Virus record (IMG/VR): IMGVR_UViG_3300030085_001980
Strand: one strand, 5' to 3'
DNA: 64,000 nucleotides
From: a virus
The notes beneath the pieces are model-generated. The model saw only the letters and a program-made list of their open reading frames with translations, was not told the origin of the DNA and searched no databases. Positions 42,392 to 50,439 of the stretch are shown piece after piece. Numbering within the stretch: position 1 is the stretch's first letter; every line of letters begins with the position of its first letter. The position numbers and the translations under genes were made by a program.

Positions 42392-44727
42392 TATCTGATG
42401 CTAGCTGAGGGGGATGAGAATTGTACGTCGTTGCCTCCACCAGATGTACTCATTCTTCTAATGGCAGGTTGTAAGATGACTGCCTGGGAGGTTGGTTTCT
42501 TTCTCTTAGGTTTCTGTGGGATTCTAGTGTTGGGTTTGTCAGTATTTATGTCTCCCACTGGGATCCTGGTATGAGGAACGCCACCATCAGGTCCTTGTGT
42601 GGCGTTTACAATCGTGTTCTGATGCTGTCTAGGAGTTCCAAACAGTTTAGGGTACGTGACGTGAGGACTCAAGTCTCCACCCCTACCACGAGGATAGACC
42701 TCAAAGTGTAGGTGAGTGTCATCAATACTTCTACCAACTCGTCTCATATCAACGAGTTTACCGATGACCTGTCCTGCCTCTACCCTGTCTCCAGGTTTGA
42801 TGCTAGGAATCATATGCAAGTAACGCTGGTCGTAACCATCGTCACCTTTAATCATAATACCTGCCAGATAATCAAGATTAGGTACGTACCTATCTGTGAT
42901 CGCCTCACCACCAACAACAGCGACAACATCGATTGCAGGGTTAGGTCCGAAAGGATACTTTTCAACTAGGTCAACACCTTGGTGTGCTCCTCTACTTGAT
43001 GATGCGTGAGATCTATGGTACTGATATATCTGACCATCAAAGTGACCCTTAGGCAGAGGGAAGAATCTACTACCTTTAGGTGCACCACCAGGAGGTGCCT
43101 GAGGTCTCTGTCTGACCTCCTCCAGTTGCATAGTCTTATCTTGGATATTGGTAGTCAGTTCACCTGCAATCCTTTCCTCCAGTTCTTTGATATGTTTCTT
43201 CTCGTGCTCAACACGATCAGCAACCGTGTTCATACCAGCATCATTATGATCCTGCCAAGCAAATCGTACTCTATAGTCAGGACCTTCTTCCTGTACGTAT
43301 CGCTCAAGTCTTGCTAACTTTTTCTTTGCATATTCCAGGTCATTCTTTGCATCCTGTTTTGCCTGCTTTGCCATACGGAGTTCTCTTTCCGCCGTCTCAG
43401 TTTCAGCCTCAAGTCCAAGAACATTTCTGAAACGACCCAACTGATCCGCTCCACCTTGCATAATTTTCTTGGCACCCTCAACCAGATTGACAAGTTTTTG
43501 AATAGCACCTTGTACAAAGTCAGAGTTGATAACATCATTGATTTTTTGGACTGCACCCTCAAGGATGGGTGACAGTTTTTCCTTGATCAACTCCAGGACG
43601 GGTAACACTCCATCACGGAACAACTCAATCATCGGGTTGATGACTGGCATAAAGAACGACTTGACTACTGGGAGGGCAATCTCCACGAAGAAGTTCTTGA
43701 TCGGTTCCAGTATGGGAGTAATAGCATCACCAATGAAGGCACCAACCTTTTCACCAAGGAATGATCCAAGCAACTGACCCACAATAGGACCAAATGGACC
43801 CAGGATAGGTGTCAACAGTGCAGACATAGCAAGACCACCAACAGTGGCACCAATACCAGCACCTGCTGCTACCTGCATCGAGTCACCCTTAGCAAGTCTA
43901 CCCGCAAACGCAGCACCACCCGCAAGTACGGAGAGACCACCACCTTTCAGAAACTTACCACCTGCTCTGAGACCTTTACCTGCAACTGCTTTGAGTTTAC
44001 GCATCTGACGGATGCGTTTGATATTTGCAGCGCGTTTACGTACTAACTGTTTATGTAATTGCTTCTGCGACTTTACTGTATTCTTTTTCATCCCCTTGGT
44101 GAGGAACCTAGTGAGACGAGCAGCGTCACCAATAAGTTTCCAGGGTTTTAATATCCTATCTGCTAACCACAGCGCCCCGAGACCACCTACAAGTTTCAGA
44201 GCACCCATAAGGATGTTCTTCTCACCAAAGGCTTCCATTATCAGGTTCACACCTGTGGTCAGTACCTTAAATACCGTACCCAACCACGCCTTGATTATCT
44301 TAAGACCAGTCTTGATCGTTTGCTTGTTCTTAGGATCACTAAGGAAGTCTAGAACAAACCACTGCAAAGCAGAGACTGCCAACCACTTGAATGGTGCTAA
44401 CAACCTCTCCAACCAACCCATCTTTGGTGGTTCTGGTTTCTCTTCGTTCGCTCCCTTATCTAAATCCTTTTTACTAATTCTGTTCTTCTCTATATCATCT
44501 TCAGTCTTCTTGTCTCTTCTTAATTGATCGGCATTTGCATCTCTTTGCACTGGTGTGGTGGCAAGTTGCATCTGCCCAACAAGAATCTTACCAATGTCCT
44601 CTACAGTGGCACCCAACCTGTTGACTGCTGTCGTCATAGCAGTAACAGGATTAGTCGCAATAGAACCCGTTACTCCCCTGGTGACAGGGAGAAACGATCT
44701 TATTGCTATGGGTTTAGATACTTGCAT
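42391..44727 (-). CDS. Tape-measure/hub-like protein with C-terminal M23 peptidase domain
   Basis: HQGVD, RYLHM, HLHFEV motifs; helical, TM-rich N-terminal part. Confidence 0.7.
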   Translation of the reverse strand: MQVSKPIAIRSFLPVTRGVTGSIATNPVTAMTTAVNRLGATVEDIGKILVGQMQLATTPVQRDANADQLRRDKKTEDDIEKNRISKKDLDKGANEEKPEPPKMGWLERLLAPFKWLAVSALQWFVLDFLSDPKNKQTIKTGLKIIKAWLGTVFKVLTTGVNLIMEAFGEKNILMGALKLVGGLGALWLADRILKPWKLIGDAARLTRFLTKGMKKNTVKSQKQLHKQLVRKRAANIKRIRQMRKLKAVAGKGLRAGGKFLKGGGLSVLAGGAAFAGRLAKGDSMQVAAGAGIGATVGGLAMSALLTPILGPFGPIVGQLLGSFLGEKVGAFIGDAITPILEPIKNFFVEIALPVVKSFFMPVINPMIELFRDGVLPVLELIKEKLSPILEGAVQKINDVINSDFVQGAIQKLVNLVEGAKKIMQGGADQLGRFRNVLGLEAETETAERELRMAKQAKQDAKNDLEYAKKKLARLERYVQEEGPDYRVRFAWQDHNDAGMNTVADRVEHEKKHIKELEERIAGELTTNIQDKTMQLEEVRQRPQAPPGGAPKGSRFFPLPKGHFDGQIYQYHRSHASSSRGAHQGVDLVEKYPFGPNPAIDVVAVVGGEAITDRYVPNLDYLAGIMIKGDDGYDQRYLHMIPSIKPGDRVEAGQVIGKLVDMRRVGRSIDDTHLHFEVYPRGRGGDLSPHVTYPKLFGTPRQHQNTIVNATQGPDGGVPHTRIPVGDINTDKPNTRIPQKPKRKKPTSQAVILQPAIRRMSTSGGGNDVQFSSPSASIR

Positions 44728-44867
44728 TAAAGTGATTGTCCTCTTGATGCTTGCCTCTGCCTCGCCTCCTCTTCTTGGAGGTGTCGGATCAGCATATTAA
44801 CGTACACATCCCTCTCCCACGGCATCATATTCTCTAACTCAGTGAGACTATATTTGTGGTGCTGCAT
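44727..44867 (-). CDS. gp51: gp51-like baseplate hub assembly catalyst (frame open back to 44930 with no ATG)
   Basis: Manual translation (ALAHDSLINLFEVNFAL)MQHHKYSLTELENMMPWERDVYVNML... Confidence 0.8.
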   Translation of the reverse strand: MQHHKYSLTELENMMPWERDVYVNMLIRHLQEEEARQRQASRGQSL

Positions 44868-44917
44868 CAGTGCGAAGTTCACCTCAAACAAGTTGATCAG
44901 TGAGTCGTGGGCTAGGG

Positions 44918-45628
44918 CTACGCGAAAAAAGCAGCCATCCCCTCAAGTACCACCTCACTCTTCACTTCAGTCTTGGGATTGAAGACCTCAATGGTATGAG
45001 ACAACTTAGGCATTGTCTCAAAGAACTTTTGAACCATCTGGAACTGTGAAGAGTTCATTGATTCAAAGAATTCAACGAGTTGAGCTTTCTTGTATGCTTT
45101 AGCATCTTCTACCTCTTCACCGTTTGCAATCTGTGAGACACAATCAGCAGCGAGTTGGAAGATGTCATCCATACCAGGATTCTCAGAGAGATTGTTCTTG
45201 ACGAAGGTATCGATAGATGGATACTTCATCACGAGCGTGACATCATCAGTGATCTTGATCTTATTGGTGTGATCGTCAGGGACTTGTACCTCTACTTGTT
45301 CCAGGTTGACTTCTACATCTACCTGTGTCTTGTCATCATCAGGGCAAGTGATTTTGAACTCACTAATTTCACCAACAGACTTCGCACGGATACGAAGGAA
45401 GAGGAACTCAACATCGAAAGTGGAAAGTGTGTCTACTTTTTTGATGCTGGTACAGTTTTTAATAATTTCTTTGACTGCTTTGATCATCTCTTTCTGATCC
45501 TGAGATTCCATTGCTAGGTAAAGCAACTTCTCTTCACGTACCAGGAAAGGACGATATGTTACCTTCTGACCGAAGGGCAAAACAGTTTCATATTCAGGCA
45601 CCACCAAGGTGGGCAATGGCATAGGCAT
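44918..45628 (-). CDS. gp26: Baseplate hub assembly chaperone gp26
   Basis: MPLP.L..P.YE..LP, YRPFLVREEKLL, DVEFLFLRIRAKSVGE, FFETMPKL, LEG...FF. Confidence 0.9.
   Translation of the reverse strand: MPMPLPTLVVPEYETVLPFGQKVTYRPFLVREEKLLYLAMESQDQKEMIKAVKEIIKNCTSIKKVDTLSTFDVEFLFLRIRAKSVGEISEFKITCPDDDKTQVDVEVNLEQVEVQVPDDHTNKIKITDDVTLVMKYPSIDTFVKNNLSENPGMDDIFQLAADCVSQIANGEEVEDAKAYKKAQLVEFFESMNSSQFQMVQKFFETMPKLSHTIEVFNPKTEVKSEVVLEGMAAFFA
44924..44944 (-). other. Candidate -1 ribosomal frameshift site
   Basis: T TTT TTC heptamer at 44924-44930, one codon before the gp26 stop; GAGG 10 nt upstream. Confidence 0.55.
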
Positions 45629-45652
45629 AGTAATAAGACCAATTCGTATAGG

Positions 45653-45659
45653 TATTTAG
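45653..45659 (-). promoter_or_regulatory. Late promoter variant
   Basis: CTAAATA upstream of gp26. Confidence 0.6.
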
Positions 45660-45663
45660 TCAG

Positions 45664-46479
45664 TTACTGGAAGATCCTTCCAATGCTGTTAACAGCAGAA
45701 CTGACACTATCGATAGCACGACTGACTTCACCAATGGCATCAATGGTTCTATCGAATGCTGGAATACCCGAGTTACCTCTCAGAGGACTACCAGGAGAGG
45801 ACACGATTTCATTCAAGGGAGCGTTTGCCTCAGTGACAATATCTGTGGTCCAATCACCTTGAGACTTGATCGTCGTACCCATACGGAAACGTTCAACATA
45901 GAACTGTACGTCCAACTTCATCAGTGACATTTGCTCATTGTTAAATGTCATCTGACTTACATTGTATGGGAAGCATCCAACTGCTCTCCATTGTGCTGTG
46001 ATTTTATTGTTACGAATCTGTCCTGCGTTGCCGTTGGCATCTACAAATTTAGTGACCAAGTTAGATCCAGGTTCCCACTTATTGATAATGATGTCAGTTA
46101 CATAATTATCATAGAACATACTCCTGTTCTCTGTGTCTCTAGAGATAGTGTTGATCCATCTCTCAAAGAATGCACGGTGCCACTGGTTCTTGGTGACAAG
46201 GAATTGGATATTTAATTCTTGTGGTGTCTGTTGTGTTGCATATCTCCTCATCGCACCGAAGTTAGTTACCTCACCTGTCATCAGGTTACGAGAGGGAACT
46301 GTCACTGAATCGGCAAAGTAATCAATCGCTTCATAGAATCCCTTTGGACCACCAAACTCACCCAAAAGACTACGCATATGATATGGTATCCCCATCTGAA
46401 TGGAGAACATATTTGAACGCGAGGGTTCGTATTGTCCTGTTGCAACCAGGTCTTTGAATCTGCTGAATGAGATTGACAT
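45664..46479 (-). CDS. Tail tube / baseplate-tube junction protein (gp54/gp19-like)
   Basis: SRSNMF.I, SVTVPSR, FFERWIN.I, L..CFPYNV..+.F. Confidence 0.7.
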   Translation of the reverse strand: MSISFSRFKDLVATGQYEPSRSNMFSIQMGIPYHMRSLLGEFGGPKGFYEAIDYFADSVTVPSRNLMTGEVTNFGAMRRYATQQTPQELNIQFLVTKNQWHRAFFERWINTISRDTENRSMFYDNYVTDIIINKWEPGSNLVTKFVDANGNAGQIRNNKITAQWRAVGCFPYNVSQMTFNNEQMSLMKLDVQFYVERFRMGTTIKSQGDWTTDIVTEANAPLNEIVSSPGSPLRGNSGIPAFDRTIDAIGEVSRAIDSVSSAVNSIGRIFQ

Positions 46480-46943
46480 TATGCGTATTGATACACTGTT
46501 TTGGATGGTACGTTAATGTTTCTACCGTTAATTGTAGTTACAAATTGCTCACAGGGTATCAAACCCACATCAGACCACTCAGAATTTGGCACGTTAAAGT
46601 ACGGAGATTGTACATTAGATCGTAAGTATTTATGGTAAGTAACAGGAGGTACGTCAAGAACTCCCTGAAATAGTGACTCACCTAATGATGCACGTCCTGA
46701 AGGTGGTAGGTAGTGAAGGTTCGCACCCCAGAATCGAGTTGAATCCTCACCTAGGATGAATACCAGTGGGTACCTATCCCAGAACTGCATCTGCTCACCA
46801 TATTTAGCGTTGTAAGAGAAAAAAATCATCCTACCAACCTGTGGTGTGCCTGCTTCCAAACCATAGATGAGTTGACTACGCCACCATTCTTTGTTGAATG
46901 ATCCACCACCTCCTAAATCTTTTATGTCCTCGAATAAACTCAC
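46479..46943 (-). CDS. gp2: DNA end protector protein gp2-like
   Basis: GRMIFFSYNAK...WDRYPLV...FWGANLHYLP...HKYL..NV; GTG start overlapping the gp4 stop. Confidence 0.8.
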   Translation of the reverse strand: MSLFEDIKDLGGGGSFNKEWWRSQLIYGLEAGTPQVGRMIFFSYNAKYGEQMQFWDRYPLVFILGEDSTRFWGANLHYLPPSGRASLGESLFQGVLDVPPVTYHKYLRSNVQSPYFNVPNSEWSDVGLIPCEQFVTTINGRNINVPSKTVYQYA

Positions 46944-47383
46944 ACCAATAACTCCTTTTCTGTAAGGATGAGAAATTTCATCTGTCTGTCGGCACAATAC
47001 TCCCGTGCTGCTTTCCACTTAGCATCATTGACAGCGTACGTGGTCACCTCACTTAAGTATCGTTTGGTAACCCTGCTTTTCTTTTTCGGTGGAACTGTCT
47101 GCGCGAGCGGTTTAACCTCGATAATGAACTTCTGAGTCCTTCCGTTCCTGGTTCTTGCTCTGACGTAGAAGTCGGGAAAATAACGATGAACCCGATTATC
47201 AACAGGACTGACATAAGGAATGACTGTTTCTTCGCTTCCCCATTCTTTGATGTTCGCATTGTTGTCACACCATACCATTAATTTACGTTCCCACAAAGAT
47301 CTATAAATAATGTTTGTAGGATCACCTTTGTACTTGCCAGGATTACTTGGTTTGAAACGACCTGAATAACTTCTCTGAGGCAT
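46940..47383 (-). CDS. gp4: Head completion nuclease gp4
   Basis: FKP.NP.KY.GDP.NIIYRSLWERK.M, WGSEE..IPY.SP.D.R.HRYFPDF, EVKP, N.AKW.AA. Confidence 0.92.
   Translation of the reverse strand: MPQRSYSGRFKPSNPGKYKGDPTNIIYRSLWERKLMVWCDNNANIKEWGSEETVIPYVSPVDNRVHRYFPDFYVRARTRNGRTQKFIIEVKPLAQTVPPKKKSRVTKRYLSEVTTYAVNDAKWKAAREYCADRQMKFLILTEKELLV
47302..47309 (+). promoter_or_regulatory. Late promoter for gp48, embedded in gp4
   Basis: TATAAATA on the plus strand 75 nt upstream of the gp48 ATG. Confidence 0.65.
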
Positions 47384-48403
47384 ATGGCTGAAGCTCCATT
47401 AGTATATCCCCGATCAATACCAACGCAAGTACCTGGCGACTCCCCTGGTAGCAGTGCTATACGAGGGCAAGATTCGTTCGGAACAACCGTTGTTGATTAC
47501 CTGAAGATCAAAGTATATAGATCTGCAGAGGGTAATCCCTACACCAGAGTTGGTGGCATAGGTGGATCGAGTGAGGGTGCACTTTATAAAACTATTTATC
47601 TATACCTTCCTCAAGGATTGAAGGAAGAGTATGGTGCTGAGTACAACCAGGTCACTCTTGGTGCTGCAGGTATGGGTGCAATGCAAGCACTACAAAACGG
47701 TACCACTGGTGATGATCTAGTCAACACGCTGCAACAGACTGCAGGTGCTGCAAAGCCTGAGTTCGTGATGAACAAGGTTGCAAGTGCTATTGGTCTTGTG
47801 AACAGCACTCTTGGAATGAATACTTCTGGTCTCGATGCAAACACCATCGGAGCATTGACTAAGAAGAGAATCTTCAACCCATATCAAGAGACCACTTTCA
47901 GAGGTACCACGTACAGAAACCACAGTTTCAACTTCAAATGTCAACCCAGGAATGCAAAGGAAGCATCTGAGTTGTATGACATCATCCAATGCTTGAGACT
48001 TGCAATGCTTCCTGGTGAACAAGATGGTACACCAGTTGACTTTGCTGGTGATGGTGGCAACCAACTGTTCAACAATATGTTGTCAAGTAAATCTGGTTCT
48101 GGTTCGGGTAGATGGTTGACTATCCCCGACTACTTCAGACTTGAACTCGTACGTATCGAAGGCAAACCAAGTGAGACAGGTGACCTTGACATCACTTCTG
48201 GTCAACCCACTGGTCTCAAGAAGATTATGCAGTTCCCTCTCAAGATGGTCCTTGCAAACTTCTCCATTGACTTGACACCTGATGGTCCTTACAACTCACT
48301 GAAGGACATCTTTGATAGCATTACAGATTATGGTCCTGCGGCATTCAATATGTCTCTCACATTCAACGAGACTGCATTCCTCACCAAAAACTCTATTCGA
48401 TAA
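47384..48403 (+). CDS. gp48: Baseplate tail tube cap gp48
   Basis: IYLYLP..LKE.Y...Y, FNPYQE..F.G...R.HSF.F...PRN..E, PDYF, +.L.F.E. Confidence 0.85.
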   Translation: MAEAPLVYPRSIPTQVPGDSPGSSAIRGQDSFGTTVVDYLKIKVYRSAEGNPYTRVGGIGGSSEGALYKTIYLYLPQGLKEEYGAEYNQVTLGAAGMGAMQALQNGTTGDDLVNTLQQTAGAAKPEFVMNKVASAIGLVNSTLGMNTSGLDANTIGALTKKRIFNPYQETTFRGTTYRNHSFNFKCQPRNAKEASELYDIIQCLRLAMLPGEQDGTPVDFAGDGGNQLFNNMLSSKSGSGSGRWLTIPDYFRLELVRIEGKPSETGDLDITSGQPTGLKKIMQFPLKMVLANFSIDLTPDGPYNSLKDIFDSITDYGPAAFNMSLTFNETAFLTKNSIR

Positions 48404-49437
48404 TGGCATATTTTAAGTATCTCCCCAAAGTATATGTACGTCAGAAGAGTAGGATCAATGGTGTCCAACCTTATGAACTGGCAGTAAATATCTTCCGTAG
48501 GATTAAGATCCGCGACAGTCTTCAAGGTGCTCTGCTGGGTTTCATTCAGTATGAAATCACTGAGGGTCAAAGACCTGATCAGATTGCATATGAATACTAC
48601 AATGACCCTGGTCTAGACTGGATCGTTCTACTGGTAAATAATATCATCAATGTAAACGAAGATTGGCCACTGACTCGTGACGATCTTAGGGATTACGTGG
48701 CAAATAAGTATGGTTCTATCGAAGGGATCAAGCACTACGAAACAAATGAGTACATAGATCCTGCCACTGGTATGCGCCTTATGCCTGAGGGTCTCATCGT
48801 ATCAGAAGATTTTCATATCACCAAAGCAAATGGTGACATAGTTCCAAAGTCCATCTCAAGATCACCTGTCTCGTACTTTAACTATGAGTCCAAGATCAAT
48901 GAGACGAAAAGAAATATCTATTTACTGCGTCCACTGTATATAACTGACTTCATCTCAGAATTCAAGAGACTATGTGACTATCTTCCTCACGCTGAGGTAG
49001 ATCCAGAAGGTAACAAGAAGACTGAAGGATCTCTTGCAGAAGAGTTCATTGGTCTACCCAGATACAGCAAACCGAGACAGTCCACTGCGTCTACAGGTTC
49101 TGCCTCTGGTGGTGGTTCTTCTACTGCTCTCCTGGCAGGTAGTGCATCTGTTGCTGGTACTGCTGCTGAGGTGTCCTTTACATCTGGTAGTGGTACCACC
49201 ATTACAGCGACACTACCCTCTAGCAGTACGTCTTCAAGTTCAACCAGCAGTTCCTCTTCCTCCAGCAGTAGTTCCAGTAGCAGTAGTTCCAGTAGCAGCA
49301 GTGGATCCAGCAGTAGTTCCTCTGGATCTAGTGGTTCATCTGGATCGTCTGGATCTAGTGGTTCATCTGGATCCTCAGGATCTAGCGGATCTAGTGGATC
49401 ATCAGGTGGTGGAGGATATTACGGCGGCGGATACTAG
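48403..49437 (+). CDS. gp53: Baseplate wedge subunit gp53 with Ser/Gly-rich tail
   Basis: MAYFKYLP, NIFRR, GQRPDQIAYEYY.DP.LDW+VLL.NNI.N...DWP, HYET, YE...NE.KR.I.+LRP. Confidence 0.9.
   Translation: MAYFKYLPKVYVRQKSRINGVQPYELAVNIFRRIKIRDSLQGALLGFIQYEITEGQRPDQIAYEYYNDPGLDWIVLLVNNIINVNEDWPLTRDDLRDYVANKYGSIEGIKHYETNEYIDPATGMRLMPEGLIVSEDFHITKANGDIVPKSISRSPVSYFNYESKINETKRNIYLLRPLYITDFISEFKRLCDYLPHAEVDPEGNKKTEGSLAEEFIGLPRYSKPRQSTASTGSASGGGSSTALLAGSASVAGTAAEVSFTSGSGTTITATLPSSSTSSSSTSSSSSSSSSSSSSSSSSSSGSSSSSSGSSGSSGSSGSSGSSGSSGSSGSSGSSGGGGYYGGGY
49229..49410 (+). repeat. Low-complexity Ser/Gly repeat (AGT/TCC runs and 9-nt SGS units)
   Basis: TCTGGATCTAGTGGTTCA-like tandem units encoding (SSG)n. 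Confidence 0.85.
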
Positions 49438-49730
49438 AAACACCAAGGTCCTTTCTTATAGAAGTAGCAAGGAACTCCGTGTTCGTTGTGCTTGTTAGGA
49501 GTAAATGATGGAACGTGACCACTACCATCCCAGTAATGATGGTGATGATGATGGTGGCGTCTACGCCTTGGCACTGGTTTGTACCAGCAGTTCCAGGACA
49601 TAAACATTGGATCGTAAACACAGTGCGAAGGTGCAACCTCTCGCTCACCGTCTGTGATACGATGCCTGTGGTGTGCTTGAGCAGCAGAGGGCATTAAAAG
49701 AAGAGTCAGACCCAGGGCGAAAAGTCTCAT
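49434..49730 (-). CDS. Secreted His-rich small protein
   Basis: Signal peptide ending AQA; RRRRHHHHHHH; four Cys. Confidence 0.7.
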   Translation of the reverse strand: MRLFALGLTLLLMPSAAQAHHRHRITDGEREVAPSHCVYDPMFMSWNCWYKPVPRRRRHHHHHHHYWDGSGHVPSFTPNKHNEHGVPCYFYKKGPWCF

Positions 49731-50326
49731 AGTTCTAATTCATTTCCGTGTCTTGAACCTATTCTACCACGTACGATCACGTCAAATGCAATGCATAGAC
49801 GCTTTTCTGAGTGGCACACCTCTGCTCTGTGTACTAACTGAGATGGAAACATCACCAACGTACCAGGTTCAGGGTGGATAGTGAATTGCTTTGCTGTGCA
49901 GTCAGTAAACCCAACCACATCAGGTTCTAGTGTGGGAACAAAGCAGTTGAGAAACTGTGCTCCTTTATTAAAGAACAGTCTACCACTCTCTTCATCACAC
50001 AGTATATAGTAGACACCACTCATAATTGCATTGGAATGAGAATGCCAATCGCAAGAGTCACCCTCACGATGGAACACACCCCACGAACGTACGATCTCAA
50101 TCTCATTGCTAGGGTCAACCAGCAAAGCATTATACATCCAGTCCCTCACTTGATTGAGAATCAGTTCTTGAATCTCAGGCAGGCGAGAGAGAATCTGTTT
50201 GGTCTGACTAATTGATTTAGTCTCGAACCTATCCCACGGGAAGATACTATCGAAAACAGAAAGGGTCCCCTCAGGGACCCCTACGTTCTCTTCAAACACT
50301 GGTGTGGGGAAGAGTTGGTGCATCAT
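49727..50326 (-). CDS. 2OG-Fe(II) oxygenase (HxH-type)
   Basis: WHSHSNAIMSGVYYI...FPSQLVHR...RLCIAFD. Confidence 0.88.
   Translation of the reverse strand: MMHQLFPTPVFEENVGVPEGTLSVFDSIFPWDRFETKSISQTKQILSRLPEIQELILNQVRDWMYNALLVDPSNEIEIVRSWGVFHREGDSCDWHSHSNAIMSGVYYILCDEESGRLFFNKGAQFLNCFVPTLEPDVVGFTDCTAKQFTIHPEPGTLVMFPSQLVHRAEVCHSEKRLCIAFDVIVRGRIGSRHGNELEL
50263..50281 (-). terminator. Candidate intragenic terminator
   Basis: GGGTCCC-TGAG-GGGACCC then TTTCTGTTTT on the minus strand. Confidence 0.45.
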
Positions 50327-50439
50327 CGTGTAAAATAACGATCCATTCTAAGTTTGATATAATACATCCCGATGACCCACAGGGAGAAGAGAAACCCTTC
50401 TCCGTAACTCATCGAGTTCCAGGCGTGTACAACGTCCAT
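50323..50439 (-). CDS. Small membrane peptide (38 aa)
   Basis: Manual translation MDVVHAWNSMSYGEGFLFSLWVIGMYYIKLRMDRYFTR; overlaps both neighbours' start/stop. Confidence 0.7.
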   Translation of the reverse strand: MDVVHAWNSMSYGEGFLFSLWVIGMYYIKLRMDRYFTR

